Of a stretch of DNA of 33,985 nucleotides, positions 23,231-32,511 are shown piece after piece. Position 1 is the first letter of the stretch. Each line of letters starts with the position of its first letter. Location of the stretch: NCBI GenBank assembly GCA_049520335.1, contig JBEKPX010000001.1, positions 1 through 33,985 of the forward strand, in the 5' to 3' direction. The notes beneath the pieces were generated by a model. That model was not told the origin of the DNA. It did no database searches and worked only from the letters and a program-made list of their open reading frames with translations. The stretch comes from Candidatus Micrarchaeales archaeon. GTDB taxonomy: Archaea; Micrarchaeota; Micrarchaeia; Micrarchaeales; CABMGC01. Position numbers and translations under genes: made by a program.

Positions 23231-23302
23231 AGTTAGAGGAATGCATGAAAGAATTAAATAGCTTGGAAGAGATTGAGTAGTGTCACTGCATTCGGGGGTC
23301 TG

Positions 23303-25609
23303 ATGATCAACTCGATAGAGCTCAAGAACTGGAAGACACACAAGAGCACGAAGCTCAAGTTTGCAAAGGGCACTAACATACTGCTTGGTCAGATGGGCTC
23401 TGGAAAAAGCACAGTGATGGACGCGATCTCGTTTGCGCTTTTCGGCACCTATCCTGCTATACAACACAGGAAAGTCGCTGTTGACGAAATAATAATGAAC
23501 AGGCCCGAACAGGAGAACAAGGCCAGCGTAAAGCTAGAATTTGGGATAGATGATGTTGCTTATGTTGTCGAGAGGAGTCTTGAGCGCAGCGGTTCGACTA
23601 AAGCGACAATCTCGAAGAACGGAGCTTACATGCAGTCACAGCCACAGAGGGTGAATGAGGAGATAGAACGAATGCTCAAGGTGGATTACGACCTCTTCTC
23701 GAGAGCAATATACTCGGAGCAGAACAGACTTACATATTTTCTGGAGCTGAGGCCCGCCGAAAGGAAGAAGCAGATAGACCAGCTGCTGGGACTGGATAAA
23801 TTCGCGCTCGCGCAGGAGAACTCGACCACGCTGATAAACAAGATAAAGGACATCGTCGGGGAGAACGAGAAAACGATAGCAACTTTTGACCTCGAGAAGC
23901 TAAAGGAACAGCATAAACTCATGCTTGAAGAGATTGAGAAGCTTGCGGATGTGAAGAAGGAACTCGAGGAAGATATCAAGAAGGAGGGGAAGAACAGAGA
24001 CTGCGTGGAGAAAACGCTCAAGGAGATAAAAGATTCTTACAACAGGAAAATTCAACTCATTAAGGAGATTGCTGAATTCAAGAGCAAGATTGATGTCATC
24101 TCGAAGGAAATCGGTAAGATAGAGAAGAGGGAGATTGGTGACAGAAAGCTCTTGGAGAAAAAGATTTCTGGGGCGAAGAATAGCCTTGATGAGCTAAGGG
24201 GGATCGAGAAGGATGCTGCTGATAGTGAAAGGGGCTCGCTCAAGGAACTCGCGCATGTTGAGGAGGAGATGAAAACTGCAAAAAAAGAAAGCGAGGAGAA
24301 GGAAGAGTTGAGAAATGAGCAGGGGAAGAGGAATAGAACTGACGTTGAGGAGAGTGTGAAAAGAAGCTCGGACGGGCTGAAGGAGCTTAGCAAGGATTGC
24401 GAGGCGGATCTCGCAAGCATGAAAGAGAGCCAGAGATGGCTCGATGAGCTCAGGAAGCATTGGAGCAAGTGCCCGGTCTGCGAGAGGGAGCTCAGCGAGG
24501 AGATGCGAAACAGGATACTCGAGGAGAGGAAAGGGGAGGTCGAGAGGCTTGGCGGGCAAATCGAGAAGCAGAAGGAGAAGATAGAGAAGTTTGAGAAAGA
24601 GCTCGAAAAGAGCAAAAGCGAACTTGAGAAGATCAACAGAATAGAGGAGAAGCTAAAGGAGCTTGAAGGCACAGAGAAGAAAGTGAAAGATATCGAGGGT
24701 AAACTCAAGATTGCGAAAGAGATGAGTTCTACCCTGAAGAGGAAGAAGGAGGATGCTACTAATGCGGCTGCGAAGGCGAAGGATATGCTCACGAAGCTTG
24801 AACAGGAGAGAGAGGCGATTGAGAGGATGGAGGGGTATATCTCTGAGAAAGAGAAGTGCTCCGTGCTGCTCAAGGAAAAGGAGCAGGCTGCTGCGAAGAT
24901 AGAGACTGATGAGGACGAGATTGAGAAGACTCAGAAGGAGCTCACCTCGCTAGACGTGAGGCTCAAGGAGCTTGCAACAAAGCTTGATGCCAACTCCATG
25001 TCAGATAAGGAGAAGAATGCCTTTGAGAAGGAGAAGAAAAAAGAGATAGAAGCGGTAACCGGCATCCAGGAGAGTGTCAAGAGGAAGAAGAGAGCAGTAG
25101 AGAACATACTCAAGTTCAAGAGCGCGCTTGAGGAGACACAGATAGCCCTCAGGACAAGGCTGATAGGCTCCATAAACGGCATAATGCAGGAGATCTGGCC
25201 AGAACTTTATCCTTACGGCGATTACCAAGGCATTGAGCTTGAGCCCACATCAGAGGACTACATGCTCAAGGTGAGGACCTCAAGAGGCGGTGAGCAGGTA
25301 TGGGAGGACGTCACTGCAATAGCAAGCGGAGGTGAGAAGAGCGTCGCCTGCCTCGCAATGAGGGTAGCATTCTCACTAGTGCTCGTTCCCAACCTCAGGT
25401 GGATGATACTGGACGAGCCTACACACAACATTGACCAGCAGGGCCTGAGCAAGTTCGTAAAGGCGATAAATGAGGTACTTCCGAGGCTTGTGGATCAGGT
25501 GTTCATAATAACTCACGATGAGACGCTGAAACAGGCAGTCAATGCTAGGATTTACGTGCTTTCTAGGAACAAGGAAGAAAATGGCGGAACGGTCGTTGAG
25601 ACTTATTGA
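23303..25609 (+). CDS. rad50: Rad50-like SMC-family ATPase with zinc hook
   Basis: MINSIELKNWKTH..., Walker A GQMGSGKST, a long E/K-rich coiled coil with a central hook WSKCPVCERELS, signature ASGGEKSVA and Walker B WMILDEPTHNID. The start was placed at ATG 23303. Confidence 0.8.
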   Translation: MINSIELKNWKTHKSTKLKFAKGTNILLGQMGSGKSTVMDAISFALFGTYPAIQHRKVAVDEIIMNRPEQENKASVKLEFGIDDVAYVVERSLERSGSTKATISKNGAYMQSQPQRVNEEIERMLKVDYDLFSRAIYSEQNRLTYFLELRPAERKKQIDQLLGLDKFALAQENSTTLINKIKDIVGENEKTIATFDLEKLKEQHKLMLEEIEKLADVKKELEEDIKKEGKNRDCVEKTLKEIKDSYNRKIQLIKEIAEFKSKIDVISKEIGKIEKREIGDRKLLEKKISGAKNSLDELRGIEKDAADSERGSLKELAHVEEEMKTAKKESEEKEELRNEQGKRNRTDVEESVKRSSDGLKELSKDCEADLASMKESQRWLDELRKHWSKCPVCERELSEEMRNRILEERKGEVERLGGQIEKQKEKIEKFEKELEKSKSELEKINRIEEKLKELEGTEKKVKDIEGKLKIAKEMSSTLKRKKEDATNAAAKAKDMLTKLEQEREAIERMEGYISEKEKCSVLLKEKEQAAAKIETDEDEIEKTQKELTSLDVRLKELATKLDANSMSDKEKNAFEKEKKKEIEAVTGIQESVKRKKRAVENILKFKSALEETQIALRTRLIGSINGIMQEIWPELYPYGDYQGIELEPTSEDYMLKVRTSRGGEQVWEDVTAIASGGEKSVACLAMRVAFSLVLVPNLRWMILDEPTHNIDQQGLSKFVKAINEVLPRLVDQVFIITHDETLKQAVNARIYVLSRNKEENGGTVVETY

Positions 25610-26647
25610 TTACAGCATTCCGAGGCCGAGATTGTTCTCCTCTTCAGATGCCTTTCCTGTGACTGAAGAACCTTCGACACCTGTGAATATGCCTATTATC
25701 TCCACTTTGCCCATGTAGTCAGGGTCGAGCCTCGCACCCCAAGTTACGTTCGCGTTTGTTGCTATCCTGTCTGTCAGCTTGGTTGCTATCTCGTTCGCTT
25801 CACCCAAAGTCAGGTCAGGACCGCCTATTATGTGAAGCAGCACTCCTGATGCTTTTGAATAATCGACATCCAACAGCTTGTTCTTGAGCGTCGAGTTCAC
25901 TGAGTCACCCACCTTGTTCGAGCCCTGCCCGGTTCCGACACTTATCATCGCCAGCCCGCCAGCAGACATTATCGTCCTGACGTCGGCGAAGTCGAGGTTT
26001 ATCAGACTAGGTTGTGTTATGGTTTCGGTTATTCCTCTCACTGCCTTTGCGGTTATCTCGTCCGCGAGCATGAATGTTTTCTCTATAGGCAGGTTAGGGT
26101 AAAGGGATACAAGCTTCTGGTTGTCTATCACTACCACGGTGTCGACGTTCTGCTTGAGTTTTTCGACTCCTTTTCTTGCCGCATCTAACCTGACGCGCTC
26201 TAGGGAGAAAGGCAAAGTCACTATGCCTATGACTATGGCTCCCGCTTCCTTGGCTATCCTTGCGACAACCGGCATCGCTCCGGTTCCTGTCCCTCCGCCC
26301 ATTCCCGCCGTCATGAACACCAGATTCGTATCTTTCAGCAGGAACTCTATATCGTTCCTTGAAAGTTCTGCGCATTTCTGCCCTATCTCAGGGAATCCGC
26401 CTGCGCCGAGGCCATGGGTTATCTCCTTTCCTAGAATCAGCTTTGTTATGTTGGGGTTAAGCATATTCAGATGCTTTGCATCTGTGTTGAAAGCAAAGAG
26501 GCCTGCGCCCTTTATGTCCATCATGCTTAGCCTCTGCACCGTGTTGTTTCCGCCGCCTCCAACTCCGACGACAGCTATCTTCGGTTTGAATAGCTCAAAT
26601 TCTGGAGGAATTGTGCCTTGGGTCGCCTGTTCAGGTGAATCAAACAT
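25610..26647 (-). CDS. ftsZ: Cell division GTPase FtsZ
   Basis: IAVVGVGGGGNNTV, GLGAGGFPEIG, tubulin signature AGMGGGTGTGAMPVVA and T7 loop NLDFADVRTIM. The start was placed at Met 26647 (MFDSPEQ...) rather than 26731. Confidence 0.9.
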   Translation of the reverse strand: MFDSPEQATQGTIPPEFELFKPKIAVVGVGGGGNNTVQRLSMMDIKGAGLFAFNTDAKHLNMLNPNITKLILGKEITHGLGAGGFPEIGQKCAELSRNDIEFLLKDTNLVFMTAGMGGGTGTGAMPVVARIAKEAGAIVIGIVTLPFSLERVRLDAARKGVEKLKQNVDTVVVIDNQKLVSLYPNLPIEKTFMLADEITAKAVRGITETITQPSLINLDFADVRTIMSAGGLAMISVGTGQGSNKVGDSVNSTLKNKLLDVDYSKASGVLLHIIGGPDLTLGEANEIATKLTDRIATNANVTWGARLDPDYMGKVEIIGIFTGVEGSSVTGKASEEENNLGLGML

Positions 26648-26758
26648 TCTACCACCTATTATTCTTGGAAGCAAAACTAAAAAGACTTTCTTATGCCATC
26701 GGATGCTGGAGTTTTGGCAAACCTGCTGCAAATATGCATGCTTGCGCCGCTTGGTAAG

Positions 26759-26766
26759 TTATAAAG
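26759..26766 (+). promoter_or_regulatory. TATA box candidate (TTATAAAG) for polX
   Basis: Centred about 26 nt upstream of the GTG start at 26789, the spacing expected for a leaderless transcript. Confidence 0.35.
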
Positions 26767-26788
26767 CAGTATTTAGTAAATCCTATTT

Positions 26789-28519
26789 GTGTACAACACA
26801 AAAATCGCGGAACTGCTCAGCGAGATAGCGGACATGCTTGAGCTTGAAGGGGAGGAGAGGAAGTTTGAGGTGCTCGCCTATAGGAAAGCATCAATTACAA
26901 TCGGGTCGCTCCAGGAAGACATCGGAGAGATATACAAGAAGAAAGGTATCGAGGGCCTTATGGAGTTGCCTGGGGTGGGCAAAGGCATAGCGGGCAGAAT
27001 AAAGGAGTATGTCGAGACAGGCAAGATACTGAAATATGACGAACTCAAGAAAAAGTATCCAATAGACTTTGCGAACCTGACAAGGATACAGGGGATGGGC
27101 TCGAAGAAAGCATTCAAGCTGTACAAAACACTTAAAGTGAAGGATATCGAGACACTCAAGAAAGCGGTGGAGCAGCATAAGATAAGAGAAATTGAGGGAT
27201 TCGGGGAGAACAGCGAGGAGGAGATAAAGAGGGGGATATCGCTCCTGGAGAGCAGCGGAGGGCGCATGATACTTAGCACAGCGCTGCCGGAGGCAGAAGC
27301 AATAAGGGAGACACTACTGAAATCGGGACTTGTGGAAAAGGCGATAATCTGCGGATCTACGAGAAGGATGAGGGAAACTGTCGGAGATCTCGATATACTG
27401 CTGATATCGAGCAAAGGAGAGAAGGTGATGGACTTTATCACAGCAATGCCTCAGGTTGACAACGTAGTGGCAAAGGGGCCGACAAAGACTACCGTCTTAT
27501 TGAAGATAGGGCTTAATTGCGATTTCAGGTTAGTTGAGAGGGAGAGCTTTGGAGGGGCTGTGCAGTACTTTACAGGAAACAAGGACCACAACATCAAATT
27601 GAGGGAGATAGCGATAAAGAAGAGCTATAAGCTCAACGAGTATGGGCTATTTGACAGGAAAAACAAAAATGTTGCCGCGGGCGAAAATGAGGAGGAAGTC
27701 TACAATAGGCTAGGACTTGACTGGATGGAACCGGAGATGCGAGAGAATAGGGGCGAGATAGGGCTCGCATTGCAGCATAAATTGCCAAAACTGATAAAAC
27801 TGGAGGACATGAAAGGTGATTTGCATGTGCACACGAAACACAGCGGAGACAGCGAGAACAGGATGGAAGACATCGTTAATGAAGTGAGGAGACTTGGTAG
27901 AAAATATTTTGGCGCTACGGACCACTCAAAGAGCGAATATGTCTCGGCAGGTCTCGACGACAGGGGTTATATCAAGCTTTTTGAAGAGATAGAAAAGGTG
28001 AACAGCAAGCTAGATGAATTTAGGATACTCAAGAGTGGAGAGGTGGACATTCTGAAGGATGGAAGCCTGGATATACAGAACAAAACGATGGAGCAGATGG
28101 ATTACGTGCTCGCTGCAGTGCACTCCAATATGAAAATGAATAAAGAGGAGATGACTGGAAGGGTCGTGAAGGCACTTGAAAGCGGACATGTGAACATACT
28201 TGCGCACCCGACATGCAGACTGATAAACGAGAGGGATCCGGTGCAGCTGGACATGGACAAGATATTTGAAGTTGCGAAAGAAAATGGTGTTGTTATGGAA
28301 ATTGATGCGATTCCACCGCGCTTTGATCTCAATGATGAGAATGTAATAAAGGCAAAGGAGTACAAACTTAAGTTCAGCATCGACACCGATTCGCATCGGC
28401 TGACTCAACTGCAGTATATGCGCTACGGCATAGGCATCGCGAAAAGGGCCTGGTTAAGAAAAGAGGATGTCATCAACACTATGGACGTCCCTGCACTTCT
28501 GAAGTTCTTCAAGAAGTAA
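26789..28519 (+). CDS. polX: Family X DNA polymerase with C-terminal PHP domain (PolX)
   Basis: HhH motifs (ELPGVGKGIAGRI, IQGMGSKKAFKLY), nucleotidyltransferase motif GSTRRMRETVGDLDILLIS, and PHP motifs DLHVHTKHSGDS, AVHSNM, NILAHP and SIDTDSH. Confidence 0.85.
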   Translation: MYNTKIAELLSEIADMLELEGEERKFEVLAYRKASITIGSLQEDIGEIYKKKGIEGLMELPGVGKGIAGRIKEYVETGKILKYDELKKKYPIDFANLTRIQGMGSKKAFKLYKTLKVKDIETLKKAVEQHKIREIEGFGENSEEEIKRGISLLESSGGRMILSTALPEAEAIRETLLKSGLVEKAIICGSTRRMRETVGDLDILLISSKGEKVMDFITAMPQVDNVVAKGPTKTTVLLKIGLNCDFRLVERESFGGAVQYFTGNKDHNIKLREIAIKKSYKLNEYGLFDRKNKNVAAGENEEEVYNRLGLDWMEPEMRENRGEIGLALQHKLPKLIKLEDMKGDLHVHTKHSGDSENRMEDIVNEVRRLGRKYFGATDHSKSEYVSAGLDDRGYIKLFEEIEKVNSKLDEFRILKSGEVDILKDGSLDIQNKTMEQMDYVLAAVHSNMKMNKEEMTGRVVKALESGHVNILAHPTCRLINERDPVQLDMDKIFEVAKENGVVMEIDAIPPRFDLNDENVIKAKEYKLKFSIDTDSHRLTQLQYMRYGIGIAKRAWLRKEDVINTMDVPALLKFFKK

Positions 28520-28581
28520 CAGATTTGTAGAAGAAATCATACTATTCTGAAAAAGGTTTGAACTTGTAGAGAGCCTAACTT

Positions 28582-28992
28582 TTACATCCTCTGTTTAACA
28601 ATTTTTAGAAGAGCCTCCTTTTTTAATTTTTCTAAGATATACTCTCTCTTCTTACCTGCCTCTGCATTGGCGCTGTTAATTTCGTTTATAATTCTTGTAA
28701 GTTCAACAAAGCTCTTTTTGTCTAGGATAGCATTAACTTCATCACTGTTGTAATTCAGATTTGTGACAATGACTATTTTAGCTACAGTCCGAAGGCTTTC
28801 CTCTGGTGCCATCTTTATTGTTTCTATAGCTTGTTTGAGAGTAAGTAGTGGTTCTGGAGTTACGCCAACGCCGTGTTTCCGATTAAAATACTCTTCTGCC
28901 AGGGCTTCCCTAAGCTCTGTCATCTCTGCCGATTTGGATAGTTTTTGAAATCGTGCTCTACCTTCAAAGTTTACCATATTATCTGCAAGCAA
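28582..28992 (-). CDS. Hypothetical protein (about 131-136 aa)
   Basis: Uninterrupted ORF. The track uses a TTG start; the first ATG is at 28977 (MVNFEGRARF...). No motif was recognised. Confidence 0.5.
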   Translation of the reverse strand: MLADNMVNFEGRARFQKLSKSAEMTELREALAEEYFNRKHGVGVTPEPLLTLKQAIETIKMAPEESLRTVAKIVIVTNLNYNSDEVNAILDKKSFVELTRIINEINSANAEAGKKREYILEKLKKEALLKIVKQRM

Positions 28993-29102
28993 TATTCTTC
29001 TGGCTCTTTATAAATATTAGCTTAGGACTTGATCTATTGCATAAGTGATAACTTTGCACTTTTTCGACAAAATGAAGACTTATTCAACAACGCCATAAGT
29101 AA

Positions 29103-30368
29103 TTAGTACCAGCCTCTTGCCTTCATCGCCTTCGCTACCCTGTCTACCGCGATCGTGTACGCCGCCATTCTTGGACTTATCTTCTTGCCCTTGTCTGCGT
29201 AGCTCTTCTGATTCTGAATCACATCGGTGAAGGACTTGGTTATTATCTCATCGAGCCTCTTGTAGACTTGGTCAGCAGTCCAATAGAAGCTTTGCAGGTT
29301 CTGCACCCACTCGAAGTACGAGACTATGACCCCACCTGCGTTGACAAGAAAGTCAGGCATATCTAGTATGCCCTTTTCGAAGAGTATTGAGTCTGCCTGC
29401 GGAGTCACAGGACCGTTTGCAAGCTCAAGCACCATCTTCGCTCTGACCTTGTCAGCATTCTCTGCAGTTATCTGATTCTCTATTGCTGCGGGTATAAGTA
29501 TATCCACATTCAGCTTGAGGAGTTCTTCGTTGCTTATTTTCTGAGCACCTTCATATCCTTGTACGCTTCCTGTCTTCTCCTTTGCTGCCTTGAGCTTCTC
29601 GATATCTAACCCCTGCTCGGAGTAGACCCCTCCCTTCGAGTCGCTTATCGCTACTATGTTCGAGCCGAAGAGCCTCTTGCTAAGTTCGAACGCGAACATT
29701 CCTGCATTGCCGAACCCTTGCACCGCTATCTTCGCGGTTTTTAGGTCGATTTTTAGGAGTTTGGAAGCTTCTCTCATTGCATACATTCCTCCCATCGCAG
29801 TTGCATCAAACCTGCCTTCAGAGCCCCAAATCTCCATAGGTTTCCCGGTTATAATACTGAATGAGTTGTGGCCCACTATTTTGCTATACTCATCCATCAT
29901 CCACGCCATTATCTGTGGATTGGTGTATACGTCAGGGGCGGGTATGTCTATGTTAGGACCGATAAAACTTCCTAGAGATCTTATGTAGTTCCTTGAGAGA
30001 TTCTCCAGCTCAAAGTCGTTCATCTCCTTCGTATTGCAGATCACACCTCCCTTCGCACCGCCATAAGGTATGTTCGCGAGCGCAGTCTTCCATGTCATCC
30101 ATGCAGCGAGCGCCTTGACCGTGTCTAGGCTCTCCTCGGGATGATATCTTATTCCTCCTTTCCCAGGACCTCGCGCATCGTTGTATTGGACCCTGAATCC
30201 TGTGAAAACCTGTGTTGAGCCGTCCCGCATCCTAACAGGTATGTTGACAGAAAGCGTCCTCTCGGGCTCCCTAAGTATCGCATGAGCCTGCTTATCGAGC
30301 CCCATCAGCTCCGCTGCATCGTCAAGCTGAGCTTGTGCTATCTTGAACGAATTGAGTTCTTCTTGCAT
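29103..30368 (-). CDS. gdhA: Glutamate dehydrogenase
   Basis: [11 protein letters not shown], catalytic-Lys region [15 protein letters not shown] and Rossmann motif VQGFGNAG. 421 aa. Confidence 0.9.
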   Translation of the reverse strand: MQEELNSFKIAQAQLDDAAELMGLDKQAHAILREPERTLSVNIPVRMRDGSTQVFTGFRVQYNDARGPGKGGIRYHPEESLDTVKALAAWMTWKTALANIPYGGAKGGVICNTKEMNDFELENLSRNYIRSLGSFIGPNIDIPAPDVYTNPQIMAWMMDEYSKIVGHNSFSIITGKPMEIWGSEGRFDATAMGGMYAMREASKLLKIDLKTAKIAVQGFGNAGMFAFELSKRLFGSNIVAISDSKGGVYSEQGLDIEKLKAAKEKTGSVQGYEGAQKISNEELLKLNVDILIPAAIENQITAENADKVRAKMVLELANGPVTPQADSILFEKGILDMPDFLVNAGGVIVSYFEWVQNLQSFYWTADQVYKRLDEIITKSFTDVIQNQKSYADKGKKISPRMAAYTIAVDRVAKAMKARGWY

Positions 30369-30383
30369 TGATTCACCTAAAAA

Positions 30384-30701
30384 TCATTGTGCTGTCCTGA
30401 ATGCAACAAGCCTGTCGCAGAGTTCGTCTATAGCATTGTCTATTTCATGCCTCCTGCCGCCATTGATTATGCTCTCGATGACGCTGCTGTTCAGCTTGCG
30501 TTCTGATATGTAATCTCTCATTTTTGAAATCTCCTTTGAATATCTTCGGTGAAGGTACTTGCTCACAGCTACCTGGACCACTCCCAACTTCTTTGCTATC
30601 TCCTCCTGGCTGTATCCATACTTCTTGCGCATCACTTCCGCAACAGAAGCTCTCACTGCTGGAAGTATCACTTTTATTATGTCCTTACACTCGGGCTTCA
30701 T
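30384..30701 (-). CDS. Small helix-turn-helix transcriptional regulator
   Basis: GYSQEEIAKKLGVVQVAVSKYL is a classic HTH. 105 aa; lies 15 nt upstream of gdhA on the same strand. Confidence 0.65.
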   Translation of the reverse strand: MKPECKDIIKVILPAVRASVAEVMRKKYGYSQEEIAKKLGVVQVAVSKYLHRRYSKEISKMRDYISERKLNSSVIESIINGGRRHEIDNAIDELCDRLVAFRTAQ

Positions 30702-30756
30702 GAGTAAGATTTTACCTAGAAGATATTTATAATAGCCATTCAGTAAGAGGACCAGT

Positions 30757-31359
30757 TCATATTATTCCAAGATAGTCCTTGAGTTTCCCGATTACGCCTG
30801 GTCTGCCGCCTGATTTTTCATTACTCTCCTGATATTTCTCATCTTCTGCTTCGGCCACCTTTTGATTCCTTGCCTCTTTCTCTCCTCTCTCTACCTCTCT
30901 TCTATCTGCTTCTTTTCTTTCATCTTGCACTTCCTTTTCTCTTCGTTCCTCATGCTTCTTGATGAGTTTTGGAATCTTCACGTTAAGCTTTACCGCATGC
31001 ATTATGCCCGATGCTCCGGATATCTCTTCGAGTATCTCATTCAGTTCATCCGAGTTTAGGTCTCTTATCACGAATACATTTGCTCCGTTGCTCTTTGCCA
31101 ACTGGACATCCTCAACCGAGCTGCATACAGCTGCATCGACGCCCTCCTCCTTATTCAGCGCCATTCCTATTCCTATAGGGTCTTTTGCGATAACTATGGC
31201 CCCTCCGTACTTCTCCTTCCTTATCTCTTCTCCAACAGACTGCGCCATTGCATTGGTTGTCATGTTGGCCTCTTTTGCCACTATATTGTTGCTCTGCTCA
31301 AGCGAATCTATTATCTGGTCTGTGCTCCCAGAAACATTGCTTAGTACAAGCAGTTTCAT
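30757..31359 (-). CDS. RpiB/LacAB-like domain protein with highly charged C-terminal tail
   Basis: GGAIVIAKDPIGIGMALNKEEGVDAAVCSSVEDVQLAKSNGANVFVI aligns by eye with the RpiB core (ILICGTGIGMSIAANK..GIRAALC....A.LAR.HNDANVLAL). It has K-D-P where RpiB has C-G-T. The C-terminal ~70 aa are E/K/R-rich. Confidence 0.5.
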   Translation of the reverse strand: MKLLVLSNVSGSTDQIIDSLEQSNNIVAKEANMTTNAMAQSVGEEIRKEKYGGAIVIAKDPIGIGMALNKEEGVDAAVCSSVEDVQLAKSNGANVFVIRDLNSDELNEILEEISGASGIMHAVKLNVKIPKLIKKHEERREKEVQDERKEADRREVERGEKEARNQKVAEAEDEKYQESNEKSGGRPGVIGKLKDYLGII

Positions 31360-31427
31360 GAAATCACGATGCAGTCCTAATGGGAGACGAAGGTATAATA
31401 TATTAATCCTGTGAAGAGTATTTTGAA

Positions 31428-31667
31428 TTGGTGTTAAGATTGAGAGGGAAAGAGACCAGTGTCACCTGTGACTCATGCGGAAGAAAGGTGCCTAGGAACA
31501 AGGGAGTTTCTTTTGAGAAGGTGATAAGCTTCTCTACTGACACTCATACTCCTGCAGACGTCAGATTCTTCGAGAGGAGGAAGGTCTACTACTGCATAAG
31601 CTGCGCGAAACACAGAGGAATATTCGAGAAGAAGAAGGAGATGGCTGAGAGGAGAGCAAAATACTAA
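31428..31667 (+). CDS. rps26e: Ribosomal protein eS26
   Basis: VTCDSCGRKVPRNKG...VYYCISCAKHRGIF is the eS26 zinc-binding pattern (C-x2-C ... C-x2-C). TTG/GTG start. Confidence 0.7.
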   Translation: MVLRLRGKETSVTCDSCGRKVPRNKGVSFEKVISFSTDTHTPADVRFFERRKVYYCISCAKHRGIFEKKKEMAERRAKY

Positions 31668-31679
31668 ACGGGTGTTGTC

Positions 31680-32465
31680 TTGCCAGTAAACCCTGACGAT
31701 ATACTGGTATTCAAGCTTAGAGGCATGAAGACAAAGGAGGTCAAACAACCAGAGGCACCTGCACCTACTCCTGCACCGTCGCATGTTTCTCCTGAGATTC
31801 CTGAGGCTACTGAATCGATGAAGAAGGAGAAGGCAGAACCAAGAGGCTTGTTCAGGCGGAAGCCGAAGGTCAAGGAAGCGAAGAAGGAGAAAATTGAAGA
31901 GGTTGAGGCACAGCCTTATGTCGAGGAGCACAAGATCAAGGAAGTGGAGAATCTGGAAAGGAGTGTAGAGACCGAGTATATGCCAGTAGAGAGGGGAGGG
32001 ATTGGCGTGCCGCACAAAAAGGAAAGTGGAATTCCTGCCGCAGTCACAGGCATCATCTTCATTTTCAACGCTTTAGTCTTCGCATATTTCATATATCCAG
32101 AATCCCTCTTCGTGATCAACTACGTACAGCATATAGGAATATACAGTTTCATAAACTCTGTAAACTTTCCCTATGACATCCCGATAATTAACATGACGCT
32201 CGTTGCACTCAGTTTTCTCAGCGGCCTGCTGATGATGATCAGGATTAGAGGAAGCCATATGATAGGAGGAGTTATCGGCTCATTAATGACACTCGCCGTC
32301 ACTTATGAATACCTAAACAGCAATGCAAACTATCTCTTCATCGTTAGCATTGTCTCCTTCATAAGCGTAGGATCGTTAGTTTATTCAAGGATGGCGTCAG
32401 TAAGCGAAGCGTCTAAGGAAATAGCTCGTGAAGACGTAGCCTGGCCGATGCCAGAGACGTTCTGA
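31680..32465 (+). CDS. Membrane protein with charged, low-complexity N-terminal region and about 4 TM segments
   Basis: The N-terminal ~115 aa are rich in P/E/K. These are followed by hydrophobic segments (AAVTGIIFIFNALVFAYFIY, MTLVALSFLSGLLMMI, MIGGVIGSLMTLAV, LFIVSIVSFISVGSLVY). The start is uncertain (TTG in the track). Confidence 0.55.
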   Translation: MPVNPDDILVFKLRGMKTKEVKQPEAPAPTPAPSHVSPEIPEATESMKKEKAEPRGLFRRKPKVKEAKKEKIEEVEAQPYVEEHKIKEVENLERSVETEYMPVERGGIGVPHKKESGIPAAVTGIIFIFNALVFAYFIYPESLFVINYVQHIGIYSFINSVNFPYDIPIINMTLVALSFLSGLLMMIRIRGSHMIGGVIGSLMTLAVTYEYLNSNANYLFIVSIVSFISVGSLVYSRMASVSEASKEIAREDVAWPMPETF

Positions 32466-32511
32466 TTCCGGACAACTTGGTCTCACAATAATTAGGCAGT
32501 GTTTTTCTTAC

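Noticed and set aside
24052-24873. 273-aa Ser/Phe/Leu-rich minus-strand ORF, with neighbours at 23686-24021, 24194-24559 and 24931-25228
   Set aside because: These are antisense shadows of the GAR/AAR-rich codons of the Rad50 coiled coil. The composition is low-complexity, and the sense frame has complete Rad50 motifs.
26648-26731. N-terminal extensions in the ORF track for ftsZ (26648-26731), the Mut7-C gene (23231-23467) and rad50 (23273-23302)
   Set aside because: The extensions do not match the conserved family N-termini. In the rad50/Mut7-C case they would make divergent genes overlap, and internal ATG/GTG starts restore typical protein N-termini.
26121-26828. 235-aa plus-strand ORF overlapping ftsZ
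   Set aside because: It is antisense to an unmistakable FtsZ frame and has no motifs of its own.
28520-29102. Toxin-antitoxin or defence role for the 28582-28992 orphan
   Set aside because: It is a single gene with no partner ORF and no recognisable nuclease or HTH motif, so there is no basis for the call.
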